From Meyerozyma guilliermondii (lineage: Eukaryota), in the NCBI GenBank assembly GCA_051546255.1, contig CP128817.1, positions 558,001 through 622,000 of the forward strand: DNA of 64,000 nt. The letters run 5' to 3'. The first letter of the stretch is position 1. Each line of letters opens with the position of its first letter. The translations under genes were made by a program, and so were the position numbers. This document shows positions 40,101-49,847 of the stretch, piece by piece. The notes beneath the pieces were generated by a model. It ran no database searches, was not told the DNA's origin, and saw only the letters and a list, made by a program, of their open reading frames with translations.

Positions 40101-42135
40101 TCTGTTTCATGTTATTGCTCAAAAGCTCCTTGATACAAGCGACGGATTGTTGGACGTTCAACTGACCGAAGTATTGAACCAACCAGTCGTTAGGCAAGAC
40201 GTTGGTGTGCACAATAACTCGCTTGATGTCCTTGAGGTCGTCATAATGCTCCAAAGCTCTTTGAAACAAGCCCAGTTTTTCACAAAGCTTGCCAATTGTG
40301 GGTTTATCGTAATGAGAAAACATTTGATTTCCCAAGATGGCATCGGCAACCTGTGGGGCATGGATTAAATTGGTCTCCAAAACCTTCGTTTGCAAATGAC
40401 CTTCTGAGGGTGAATCATTTTTCAAGGCATCTAACAAGAAAGCAGTACCTTGTTGGATATAGTTTTGGGAGAAGAAAAGATCAGCAATATTTTCAACGTC
40501 CAATTTGGTCTCAGGGCTTGCTAAAAGCAGGGTGGCAAATTCGGAGGCTTTGTCAGGGTTGACTCGAACCAAGTTTTGAATAAGGTGAGTGAAATCAGGA
40601 TGATAATTGACTCGTTCACAATATGGCAAAATCTTGTCAAACTGGCCCAACTCAGCTAACGATGATACAACCTTGATGTGGTTGTTGGCGCGGATATACA
40701 CAGCCAAAGCCAATGCAGCATCTGCGTATGACTTGACAATGTCACCCAATTCTTCAGAACAGGTCAACTTTTCTTCCTTCAACCATTTCTCAAACAATGG
40801 TTTGCGGTCTTGTTGAAGAACAGGCTTTGCCAATTCAATACTTTCGTACTTGTTCAAGGTACCGCGGTCCAACAATGTGGAGAAGTACTGTAAGATTGGA
40901 GAGATTTGACCCGGTTGAGGAGTAATGTGTTTCAACTTATTGATAGTGTCCTGAGTACGCAATTGATCACTCAGAGCTGCAACTTTAGCAGCATTGGTGT
41001 AATCGCCTTGGTTTAAAAAGTTTTGGAATTGTTGCTGGAACAAGTTTTCAGCACCAGGGAAACCTCCACGCAGGGAAAGAGCGAGAGCCAAACTGACGTT
41101 TGACAACTTTTCAAGCACATAAGGCACGATTTTTTCGCGTGCCACCTCGACGGACAACACCTGACCTGCCTTGTTGATGGCAATTATACCTGTGCCCTCA
41201 TTATAGGCCGAGGCAGTGAACACAGGATCGGAAGAAATCCGGTTGACAAAGAGATTGGTACCTGTTTCGATATCGTACAAGTGAATAAAACCATACTTGG
41301 TGAGGATATAGATGATTCCATACTTGTTCAGCGCCTGCAACGAGATGGGGAAGTCGCTGGCGGCATCGGCTGGGAAGTAAATGTCCACCAGTTTTTTCTG
41401 GAAAGGTGGATTTCCTTCAGGGTGGTCGATCTCGATGATGTGCAAGTTACCCTCGCCATTAGCGTTCTTGTTACCCACACAGAACACCTTGGTAGGGTGA
41501 GGAGCGCCGTTCAATTTGATTTCAGCAAACTTGGACACATGGCCCTCAATTGCTTGAGAAACGTTACGAGATTTGGAGAAAAGCTGGATATGACCAGCAA
41601 TCCGACCGTTTTCCTGGGCAATACCAGTTACAGCATACCAATTGAGCGCTGGTTCGGCGACAAAACTGATGATCTGCGCATTGTTAAGCGAATGGTGACG
41701 ATCAGTCAACTTAACAGGACCATCATTGGTGCCATCAAAAACCTGCCACGTATACAAGGAGTCCTCAGTAACGAGACCAAGCACCTCGGGTGTCAACCAC
41801 CGCCAAAACACAACCGGCTGAGACATGGTGAATGACTTGAGTCGTTGTTTCGTTCCCAAGTTGAATATTTGAACCGTGGTTCCATTGGCCCGGAGCGAGA
41901 TAACAAACTGAGACGGATGCATGATGGCGCTGTCTGCACTCATGTTCTTCCTGGTTACTTCGTTACCATTTTGGAGATCTATGATGGCCACGGTGTTGCC
42001 TTGAGGGCCCTGTTCTCGAACACAGACATATTTATCAGATTCCAAAGTTGTGGACCGGAAATCCAACGATTGAGCCGAGATGCCCAACGCTGGCAAACGA
42101 GCCAACTCGGAAAAGTCAATGGGGATATCTGACAT
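37147..42135 (-). CDS. CHC1: Clathrin heavy chain
   Basis: 1662 aa; FRSTTLESDKYVCVRE, NMSADSAIMHP, EVEKRNRLK, LGLERAHMGMFTEL, EHLKLFWSRINIPK. Confidence 0.99.
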   Translation of the reverse strand: MSDIPIDFSELARLPALGISAQSLDFRSTTLESDKYVCVREQGPQGNTVAIIDLQNGNEVTRKNMSADSAIMHPSQFVISLRANGTTVQIFNLGTKQRLKSFTMSQPVVFWRWLTPEVLGLVTEDSLYTWQVFDGTNDGPVKLTDRHHSLNNAQIISFVAEPALNWYAVTGIAQENGRIAGHIQLFSKSRNVSQAIEGHVSKFAEIKLNGAPHPTKVFCVGNKNANGEGNLHIIEIDHPEGNPPFQKKLVDIYFPADAASDFPISLQALNKYGIIYILTKYGFIHLYDIETGTNLFVNRISSDPVFTASAYNEGTGIIAINKAGQVLSVEVAREKIVPYVLEKLSNVSLALALSLRGGFPGAENLFQQQFQNFLNQGDYTNAAKVAALSDQLRTQDTINKLKHITPQPGQISPILQYFSTLLDRGTLNKYESIELAKPVLQQDRKPLFEKWLKEEKLTCSEELGDIVKSYADAALALAVYIRANNHIKVVSSLAELGQFDKILPYCERVNYHPDFTHLIQNLVRVNPDKASEFATLLLASPETKLDVENIADLFFSQNYIQQGTAFLLDALKNDSPSEGHLQTKVLETNLIHAPQVADAILGNQMFSHYDKPTIGKLCEKLGLFQRALEHYDDLKDIKRVIVHTNVLPNDWLVQYFGQLNVQQSVACIKELLSNNMKQNLQVVIQVATKYSDLIGPLTLIKIFEEFKCNEGLYYYLSSIVNITQDPDVVLKYIQTAAKMNQAKEIERVVRDNNIYNGEKVKNFLKEAKLEDQLPLIIVCDRFNFVHDLILYLYKNHFFKFIEVYVQQVNPTNTPQVVAGLLDVDCDENIIKGLLASVIGRVPIKELVAEVEKRNRLKILLPFLEKTLEGGSTDQEVFNTLAKIYIDSNNSPEKFLQENDNYDTLAVGKYCEKRDPYLAYICYSKGSNDDELIAITNDNKMYKYQARYLLSKSDFALWSKVLTSDNTHRRQLVDQVISTGIPELNDPEPISITVKAFMENDMQEELIELLEKIILEPSPFNDNTSLQGLLILTAIKADPSRVLNYIEKLDKFDPQEIAPLCVDNQLYEEAFEVYDKFEMRNEAMKVLVEDIMSLDRGEQYAEKYDTSDLWYQLGTAQLNGLRVPEAIDSYVKSKNPENYEHVIEIAEHAGKEEELIAFLEMARETLRESVIDGAMINCLANLNKLDEIDKFVAGPNVADLEAIGDKLFAAKNYKGAKILYSNVSKYSKLATTLVYLEDYQGAVDCARKASNIDVWKKVNAACIENKEFRLAQICGLNLIIDAEELPELVRTYEHNGYFNELIALFESGLGLERAHMGMFTELAILYSKYSPEKVMEHLKLFWSRINIPKVLTACEEAHLYPELIFLYCHYEEWDNAALTMIKRSEVAFDHSSFKEIIVKVPNLEIYYKAINFYMNENPSLLVDLLAVLTPKLDLPRVVRMFVKSDNLPMIKPFLISVLEKNNSVVNGAYHDLLIEEEDYKSLKAAVENESCNRFNSLDLAERLENHKIIFFRQISATLYAKNKKYAKAISILKSDKLWADLLKTAAISKSTKIAHELLDYFVETGNHECFVALLYVCYDLIEFDYVLELSWLHDLSNFVKPYEISIAYENRKRMDELYADLQKRKAAEQEDEETPTGQPLMITNGPVGGLGYQPTGAGFGNAF

Positions 42136-42264
42136 TCCGGCTTTGAACGTTGATGTTTGTCAGGAGTGATTTCAGTGGGCGAGTGCGGGTGGGGACCGCG
42201 CACTGACGATGTGTGCAGGAACCGGACGTTGCTGGACGTCTGGTGTTGGATGTCCGCCATAAAC

Positions 42265-42296
42265 TACATAGGTACATAGGTACATAGGTACAAAGG
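42265..42296. repeat. 8-bp tandem repeat in the MTC2-like 3' region
   Basis: TACATAGG x3 plus TACAAAGG; reads TATGTA x3 on the mRNA strand. Confidence 0.9.
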
Positions 42297-42319
42297 TATA
42301 CGGTAAACTATGTGGTATT

Positions 42320-43492
42320 TTATATCGGCGGTCTCACGCGGGCAATTGCATCCTCCACTATATCGTTGGTGATTCCTGTAGGAGTGTGGTCACTGGGCTG
42401 GGATCTATGTTCGTCAATGTAGCGCTTGGCGTATACCCACTCACTGCCGTACCAATCGCCGGTTAGCATAGATATTTCTTGTTGACGATGTTTTTCAGGA
42501 CCGTTCCAGTGGCGCGAAAAGATGGTGTCCAGTTCCCAGTCGACCTGGAAGTAGGTGACTTTTCTGATTGCTACCTGAACAAATGTGGGAGTTAAAAATA
42601 GATCGTTCTCTTCACCACCTCGTTCGCTCAGAGAAATTGTATCCGATACCTGCTCGACAAAACCATTTAGCTCTTCCTTCTCTCTATCTTCGTTCTCTGT
42701 TTTTTTGTCTTCTTCGTCGTTCTCTTTTTTTTCTGTTTGTTCACCCGATTCACTATTCTTCTTTTCTCGCTCATGCTCGTTCCACACAACCATAGCTGCT
42801 GCCACCGTCCTCACCCAATCTAGGGTTCCAGTAGGGGGCCGGGCCCCCATAGAGTTAAGCGAACAGAGCCGATGTGTTCGAATGTGCACTAGCAACGAAT
42901 AGATATACCCTCTGATTTCTGCCGAAACGAAAACTTGATCCACGAGAAGCCTCAATGCTAGCAAGTCGGGAACTACAGCAACAGCAAGCAGATCCAGATC
43001 CAGAGCATTATAAAACTGGGAAAATGCAAATTTATGGCGCAAGTGAGGCACCAATTGAGGAGGTGTTCCATCTTCTCGTCGTTTTATAACCGGTATTATC
43101 ATGAATATCTGTGGACGAGAAGCCTTCAGTTGTGCAAATTGAATGGGTTGTGGCAGTAATCGCAGGGAATTGGTATTGTAGGAGTCCAATGCATTTATAA
43201 AATGTATGATTTTTCGTTGGTATGATGCAGAAGTGGTTTCAAGATTTTTGAAAACTACTATATTGACAAGTTCTGGATGCTCTCCTCCATTTTGTGGTCT
43301 TTGAGTTATCATCTCCACAAGTTTTTCCTCTTTTGGTTCCTCTTTCATATCAACCACAACATGTGAGAGTTTGTAAAAGTTTATTATTTGAGCAGTTAAT
43401 GACTCTACTGCAGACTCCACGCTGTCCGTGAATAACGCAAAGCGTAGCTGTGAAATCACAGCCACAGAAAACGCGGTGAATAGATTATTCAT
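42320..43492 (-). CDS. MTC2: Mtc2-like protein (degenerate AAA/chelatase-lid-like)
   Basis: LVPHLRHKFAFSQ, VFVSAEIRGYIYSLLVHIRTHRL, LTPTFVQVA, C-terminal IVEDAIARVRPPI; assignment from recalled similarity. Confidence 0.65.
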   Translation of the reverse strand: MNNLFTAFSVAVISQLRFALFTDSVESAVESLTAQIINFYKLSHVVVDMKEEPKEEKLVEMITQRPQNGGEHPELVNIVVFKNLETTSASYQRKIIHFINALDSYNTNSLRLLPQPIQFAQLKASRPQIFMIIPVIKRREDGTPPQLVPHLRHKFAFSQFYNALDLDLLAVAVVPDLLALRLLVDQVFVSAEIRGYIYSLLVHIRTHRLCSLNSMGARPPTGTLDWVRTVAAAMVVWNEHEREKKNSESGEQTEKKENDEEDKKTENEDREKEELNGFVEQVSDTISLSERGGEENDLFLTPTFVQVAIRKVTYFQVDWELDTIFSRHWNGPEKHRQQEISMLTGDWYGSEWVYAKRYIDEHRSQPSDHTPTGITNDIVEDAIARVRPPI

Positions 43493-43746
43493 CTTGGAGC
43501 ATTGGCGTGTCTGTTCGGATCATTTGCGACTTTTGATTATTGGAGACCCAAACACCCAGTATAAGCGCAACAACATTCCATTACGATCTTTGATCAATTC
43601 AAGTCGGATTAAAAAGGTTCTGAGATCAGTACTGCAATCTGAATTGGTTGCGAGTTCATTCACCGCATTGATACTCAGTTCGCATCCAGTTGCGCGGACA
43701 ATTATGTGAATTGGTTCATAGACACATATATATATAATCCCTACTT

Positions 43747-45104
43747 TTATTGAGTATAAGCCCCATATACACGGACATGATATACTAAAATTTTATTCGT
43801 CTGCCTTTTTTGCACCATTTTATGAAAAGAATTCAAGTGTTTTTGAATGTATCTGCTTGTTTCATTCGTGTAATCCGTACTGCCCTTCGTTGCGCAGATA
43901 TTCCATTTTTTGCAACCATTTTGTTCCGTACAAATCACATAGTAAGTCATGCCATTGACATGATTTAAGTATTCATGTCCATGCTTCTTTTGATTTGCTT
44001 TTACATTCAACCTCTGAAGTAATACCATGAAGTATATTCCACAAGTAGTGCAGTGTTTCCTTTATTTAGACTATTCCTGAAATCTGCATCGGGGAACTGC
44101 TTAAGATTTATCAAATAGACCATGAATCCTAAGGTTAATTGAGTAGCTGTCCTTAGATGGTGAATGCTATGGTCTTGTTTCATTACAGACACATCCTGGC
44201 GTTTTCCGGTGGACAGTACGGTGAAGATACCCTTCGATGAAAATACTTGTATATAGACAAGCTTTCAAGCCACTGACCTTATGTTCCGTTTCGAATGTAA
44301 TCTGCGACTTCTTTATGGAAATTGGTTGGTCAAACCCTCAATCTAAGACCACTTTTACGGTTCACTTCTCGAAAGATTGAGTAGATACCCCTGATTTTCT
44401 GTTTCTGCTTGTAATTGATAAATTGTTTTGCAATTTGTTTTCCCATCTCTATCTTTGCCTCGCGGTGGGAGTGTACAATCGCATAAAAGCACTCAATGTC
44501 ACACATTTCTGGTAGCTTTGTGAAAGTTCTAAAATCCCGGTATCTCGTTTTTATGGCTTGAAATTCATTCCACATTTCAAGAGAATGCGATTCCCATGCT
44601 AAAGCCCTCCATTTTGCACACCTTTCGAATTATGTGGCGACCATCTCCTCACACAAATAGGTATGATCAGCAAAAACATATTGCAAGATTTCTTCGACAC
44701 GTGCTTGGTTATTCGGTACGCCTGGAATTGTACTTGAGTCAAACGGTGGACATTTTGGGGCGAGAATGTTATACAAGTCACATCTCAAAGAAGTGATAAG
44801 ATACTCGAAGTGGCGCATCTTGGTTTCCTTTGGAGAAATATGGAAATATTCAATATAGTCACCTTTGAAAAAATCTTCTTCACAAATTCCTTCCAAGTAA
44901 AGTTTCCTTGTCACTGGATACAATTCAAATAGACCTCTTTCCAATGCTGCTCTCCACACAGACAATACCTCATAATTTTTCGAGTCTCGGAAGTAATTTG
45001 AGACCATTCCCAATTCTTCGAATTATAGTTTGAATTACTGTTTCAATCTTGTCGTAAGTGTTAACTGAGATTTCATTCTCATTGAGAGTCGAGCAGTCAG
45101 CCAT
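43747..45104 (-). pseudogene. Probable decayed reading frame of unknown origin
   Basis: Collinear minus-strand fragments: the ATG 45104 frame shifts by 1 nt near 45025 into ORF 45013-44630; after a single TAA the same frame continues FERCAKWRALAWESHSLE into ORF 44575-44330; further fragments 44192-44007 and 44028-43747. Confidence 0.45.
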
Positions 45105-45407
45105 CTCTTGTGTTTAGTCAATGTAACAATAACGACTTTAAAAAGTTTTTCGGAACTTCGAGTCGTCAAGTCGTTTTGAACTCAATCAAGATGACCTGGT
45201 TTTGTGTTAGATTCTGATACGGAATTATCTCTTTCTTATTCTCCTGAAATCACGAATATTGGAGGGACTCCACTTCGACGATACCACTCCTTGTCTTCTA
45301 AAGTCATTCCAAAGCACAAATGGTGTTTCCCTACATCGTTTCGCCGTAGTTGTTCTGGAGATAAGAGGAGATTCCAAGTTCAATAACGGCTTCTGAATAG
45401 TAACAGA

Positions 45408-45440
45408 CCAGATGCTAGCCAGATGCTAGCCAGATACTAG
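45408..45440. repeat. 11-bp tandem repeat
   Basis: CCAGATGCTAG x2 plus CCAGATACTAG. Confidence 0.85.
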
Positions 45441-46385
45441 CTCAGACCATAGTCCAAGCTACGTCAAAATTGGTAAACAGTCTTCATTCAAGCAAGACCC
45501 TGAGATCAAGTATCGAGCAATTTTGGTTGCAAAAATTTCACCGCATTGTACAAGACGTGCGGCTGCGAACCTTGTGTCCAATAACTGCACATTACCAGTG
45601 CTAGAAAATGTAACATAAGAGACAAATTAAGACTCTCATTTACAGTTCATTATTCTTTCCTCGAAGATGAGCAAATTGAGCGATACTATGTTGAAGCATG
45701 ATAAGGATCTTGAACTACGGTGCTCTTTCCATGCAAAATTGAAGAGGATCAATGCTAATTTATATACTAGAATGTTCAATTGGAGGTCAACTTTCAAAAT
45801 TCTAATCTTCTCAGTGAGCAGTAGAGTCGATCTAATTGTTGGTAGAAACTTTTATGAACTCACAAAGTCTATCTCATTGATATCAAAACCCCCAATTGAG
45901 TATCATGAGTAAATAAACTCAAACCATTCATCTCACTCACTTAGAGCTTACTTTCACAATTCCGCATGTAATAACAATTTCTGACTCTTTATACCATTGT
46001 ATCTTTCACCTATTAATACCAGTCATAGCGATTTCTCATGACATCTCAATTTTGCTTTATATTATAATTACTGCCTAATCTCACTCAACTCAACAATCCA
46101 TTCTCATCTTTTACAATCCACTCTCAGTTCTATTCCACCAACCATTTCACCCACAATTTCAGACGACACTTAACAATGGCTGCAACATCCATATGCACGT
46201 AACGGCATCGCGCCAAGCAGCAACTTCACCCGCAATGTTGTGCACCAGTGCACCATGACGCGGTCGCGAAGAATCGGCTCAAGACTTGAAAAATAAACAG
46301 CACATATCTGCCAACTCCCAATTGCTTGCATATTGGAGTATAATTATTAGTCTTTTTGCTCCAGCTCATAATTTATTTCTGGTGA

Positions 46386-48743
46386 ATGGGGTTCAACCAT
46401 TCAAATATGTCATCCCAAACTGTGGAAACTCGTCTCCATTCGTTACCCAAATTTCTCCGGTCCGAGCCTTCACCCAAAATTCAAGACTCGGCGTTTCCAC
46501 CTTTTAAAATAGAGCATCGGTATCGTGGGGTGTATGAGCGTGCCGGCTTTGATGTGAATCTTGGATCAAACGAAGCAAAACATCCACAACAAAGACATAA
46601 TCCGTCACCTCCCTATTCATCTGCATCTTCTATGGGCAAACAAGTCCATAATAATGGCACCCATCATCGCCAGCGTCTGCAACAGCTGATGCACTCTTAC
46701 CAGTCTCGACTGCAACGTCTGTTGCCTAGCGAAAACGGTTACGATGGTTCCTCGCATGTACAAACCAGACTCTACGGAAGCTCTGGAGATTTGCCTGAAG
46801 GCTATTCTACGCATCTGCCTACAAAATCCGTGGCGCTGGTGAACCTGGCACCGCTGATGAGGCTGCAACAGAGCCAAATGAGTCGCCAGTATGCCTATCA
46901 ACCACAAACTCAACACCAAAACGAACAAATTGCCAAGAACTCTGGAATGCAGCCGCAGCCCAACTCTGAACCAAGTCAAGAGCCACAAGCTAACCATCTG
47001 GAAGGTGAAAGAGTCGTATACGAGCAGTATGATCCACGCAAACAAGCTCGTGCCTTGCGCAACAACTCAACTACAAAGTTGGCAGAATATGATAGACAAC
47101 CCTCCTCAGCAACCTCGTCAACATTTCATCAACCAGTGCCAAGAATAGAAGAAACCTTAGAAATGCAAAATGCTAACAAATCAGTCGATTCGGTGCTGTC
47201 AACTTCCGCCGTGGTAGGAGCCATCGGGGACCGTGCGGCTCCTCCAATGCCGTATCCCACCGCTCCATATCCTTACGAGAATGATTCGGGCCATTCCACC
47301 TATGTCTTTTCAGAACCAGAACCAAATCATACTTCTCTGTCAACTGCATATTCAACAAACCTGAACTACAACAGTAAATATGACAGTTTCGACTTTTCTC
47401 CCCAGCAGGAGCCATCAAGAAACTTCAACGAATTGCTGCTTGATTTGAACCAACCTGTTGAAATGGACCCCTGTCTTGACCAACTGGCGTCATATGATGC
47501 TGATAATACCCAGGACAACGAAAGGCACCGTCTATCGCATGAACTTGCAAACTTCAAACGAGATGTCGAAGACCACAAAGCATATACTCCGATTTCTCCT
47601 CCGTTACCAAATTCTGCTAGACAGGGTCCTCCCGAGTTACCCACAGCATCCCCCACGGAGTTGGGGCTCGCTCGATTTGAACCATACAAATCACCTGTGC
47701 CGGCTATAGTCACAACCATGGACGATGGAACAGTTTTGCGGAACAGCACGGACTACGAGCATTTTCTCAAGAGTGACAATTTACCGCCTCGTTCAACCAT
47801 GCGTCAAAGTCAATTTTCAACGGTTAGCTCGATTATTTCAAAAGACGGTGAAGCACATTACGATGACGACCATGAATCCGAAGATGAAGTTGAGCGTGAA
47901 TTAGAAAGACAACTCAGAAGTTTAACTGTCGGCGACGATGCTGAAGCGTATCCTGCGCAAGCAGCTCCTACCGAAAGGAAAATAGTTGACGCCGTGCCCA
48001 CTATAGCATCTCCCAACTCCGAGTATCCAAATGATTCGGATGTTGATCTCAATACCGAAGATAGTCGAAGACTGTCCATCAAGCCCCTCAAAACTGAAAG
48101 AATCAAGAGCATACAATCAGAGGTGAAACCTTTAAGTCCCAAAGTACACCAGATTGACGAAGAACTTCGAGGCATGAATTTGGGACGTGATCCAATAATT
48201 TCAATACCTGAGGATTTCGAAAATAGTGAAGAGGTGTTTCCACCAGGACGAGGACCTTGTCGGAGCTGTAAAAGGAACATCGAAGTTAATGCCACCGGAA
48301 AAGAAAAATCGGTTTATTCTCGTACTGGAGAACTTAGTGGGCAATGGCATCGTGGGTGCTTTAAATGTTCATATTCAGGTTGTAAAGTGACTTTCAAAAA
48401 GTCGGTGCCTTGTTATGCATTCAACGATCGGCCATATTGCAACCACCACTACCACGAAGTGAATGACAGCTTGTGTACCGAGTGCGGTAGTGGAATCGAA
48501 GGTGAGTGTATTGAAAATGAGCTCCAGCAAAAGTGGCATATTTCGTGCTTGCGCTGTGAACATTGCAGCCTGACTATTCGAAGCGATTACTATCTCATTA
48601 ATGGGACAACCTACTGTGAAACCGACGCGCTTGCCATTATCAATGGCCAATCTTATAGCGATGCAGATGGAAACCTTCGTGGCCTTTCGACCACTGACCG
48701 CATCGAAAAGAGGAGAACTCGGATGATGTATGTGGAACTATAA
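46386..48743 (+). CDS. PXL1: Paxillin-like LIM-domain protein
   Basis: SAFPPFKIEHRYRGVYERAGFDV; two C-terminal LIM domains (GPCRSC...GQWHRGCFKC...YCNHHYH and CTECG...WHISCLRCEHC...YCETD); KRRTRMM end. Alternative ATG at 46407. Confidence 0.92.
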   Translation: MGFNHSNMSSQTVETRLHSLPKFLRSEPSPKIQDSAFPPFKIEHRYRGVYERAGFDVNLGSNEAKHPQQRHNPSPPYSSASSMGKQVHNNGTHHRQRLQQLMHSYQSRLQRLLPSENGYDGSSHVQTRLYGSSGDLPEGYSTHLPTKSVALVNLAPLMRLQQSQMSRQYAYQPQTQHQNEQIAKNSGMQPQPNSEPSQEPQANHLEGERVVYEQYDPRKQARALRNNSTTKLAEYDRQPSSATSSTFHQPVPRIEETLEMQNANKSVDSVLSTSAVVGAIGDRAAPPMPYPTAPYPYENDSGHSTYVFSEPEPNHTSLSTAYSTNLNYNSKYDSFDFSPQQEPSRNFNELLLDLNQPVEMDPCLDQLASYDADNTQDNERHRLSHELANFKRDVEDHKAYTPISPPLPNSARQGPPELPTASPTELGLARFEPYKSPVPAIVTTMDDGTVLRNSTDYEHFLKSDNLPPRSTMRQSQFSTVSSIISKDGEAHYDDDHESEDEVERELERQLRSLTVGDDAEAYPAQAAPTERKIVDAVPTIASPNSEYPNDSDVDLNTEDSRRLSIKPLKTERIKSIQSEVKPLSPKVHQIDEELRGMNLGRDPIISIPEDFENSEEVFPPGRGPCRSCKRNIEVNATGKEKSVYSRTGELSGQWHRGCFKCSYSGCKVTFKKSVPCYAFNDRPYCNHHYHEVNDSLCTECGSGIEGECIENELQQKWHISCLRCEHCSLTIRSDYYLINGTTYCETDALAIINGQSYSDADGNLRGLSTTDRIEKRRTRMMYVEL

Positions 48744-48851
48744 ATGTGTTGAGGATGGTGTATAATAGAGAAACTTTGTCAAGTAAGTCTTAGGCGTATC
48801 ATACGAACATTAATGTACAAATAGTCATGGCTTTGCTGCAGTTCCTTCGGG

Positions 48852-49847
48852 CTACTTGGACTTGGGTTGCTGTTGCAGTTGAGAGCCATTGGGTTCCTCT
48901 TCTTCTAATTCGTCATCGGTAATAATAAAATTGTCTTGATCAAAGTCTGCCGAATTCAATTCAACGTTTGTTCCAGATTCTAAATCATCAAAGTTTCCAA
49001 ACACAAAAGCGTCATAGTTGGCACCGGCCCTATTGTGGTGCAATTTCTGTTGCATCTTGCGGTAGATGATAAAAGTCGTCAAACTTGCCGCAGCTCCAGT
49101 GACCAAGATACTGATTACATCTATGATCTTTGTAGAAGTATCTGTTTTAGCGTCTCCAAACTCCTTGATTTTGTGCCCTACAAAAAGGTGGATCAACATT
49201 TTTGGAGATGTAATCACAGAAGCTCCAAGGTACACCCATGCGGACAACTCAGGAATGGCTGCTAAAGCTCCGTTGGAAAGTGAGTATGGCAAAGGACACA
49301 AGCGAATCAAAACCAACAAGAAGAGACTCGAGTCTTCACGAAGAATCTCAGCAAAAGCACGAAACTTTTCATTGGAGTTGACAAGCCTCTCACCTTGACT
49401 TCTGAGAAAGTAACGAAACACAAGAAATGCCACGAATGAGCCAGAAACAGAAGCCAGTGCAAGCAAGGGCCAGCCATAGGGAAACCCATATACCATACCG
49501 GCAAGAAGAGACAAGGCACTATAACCAATAAGGGGTGGGAAACCAACAAAGAAAACGAGTAAAAATAGAATTAATCTTCCACCAGGTAGTTTGGCCCAAT
49601 CATCTGAGATTATAACAAGAAGTTCTATAAGATATTTGTGGAAAATCAACACAAGAACTCCTATCACAATTGCCACCACTCCACCAATTTGAATAAGAAT
49701 TTGTCGTATTTGCAGTTGACTTCTATACCAATCCAAAGCTTGGTTGTTGATTTGGTGCAAGCCTTCGGTTCTATTCCCGAGCTCATTTCGAACCCTGGCA
49801 AAGAACCCTGTCGCAGGAGGCTCTGAAGCAGAATGAAGTCGGGGCAT
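48852..49847 (-). CDS. TVP38: Golgi membrane protein Tvp38 (DedA/VTT family)
   Basis: FVGFPPLIGYS, GMVYGFPYGW, LIRLCPLPYSLSNG. Confidence 0.93.
   Translation of the reverse strand: MPRLHSASEPPATGFFARVRNELGNRTEGLHQINNQALDWYRSQLQIRQILIQIGGVVAIVIGVLVLIFHKYLIELLVIISDDWAKLPGGRLILFLLVFFVGFPPLIGYSALSLLAGMVYGFPYGWPLLALASVSGSFVAFLVFRYFLRSQGERLVNSNEKFRAFAEILREDSSLFLLVLIRLCPLPYSLSNGALAAIPELSAWVYLGASVITSPKMLIHLFVGHKIKEFGDAKTDTSTKIIDVISILVTGAAASLTTFIIYRKMQQKLHHNRAGANYDAFVFGNFDDLESGTNVELNSADFDQDNFIITDDELEEEEPNGSQLQQQPKSK

Noticed and set aside
45667..45912. 81-aa ATG ORF (also 50249-50566, 22961-23278 and ORFs in 15593-15923 and 17549-18011)
   Set aside because: Short, no recognisable motifs, located in promoter-like DNA, often overlapping in several frames; not supportable without expression data.
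43493..46385. LTR retrotransposon or DNA transposon
   Set aside because: No TG...CA direct repeats, terminal inverted repeats, primer-binding site or gag/pol/transposase motifs found by eye.
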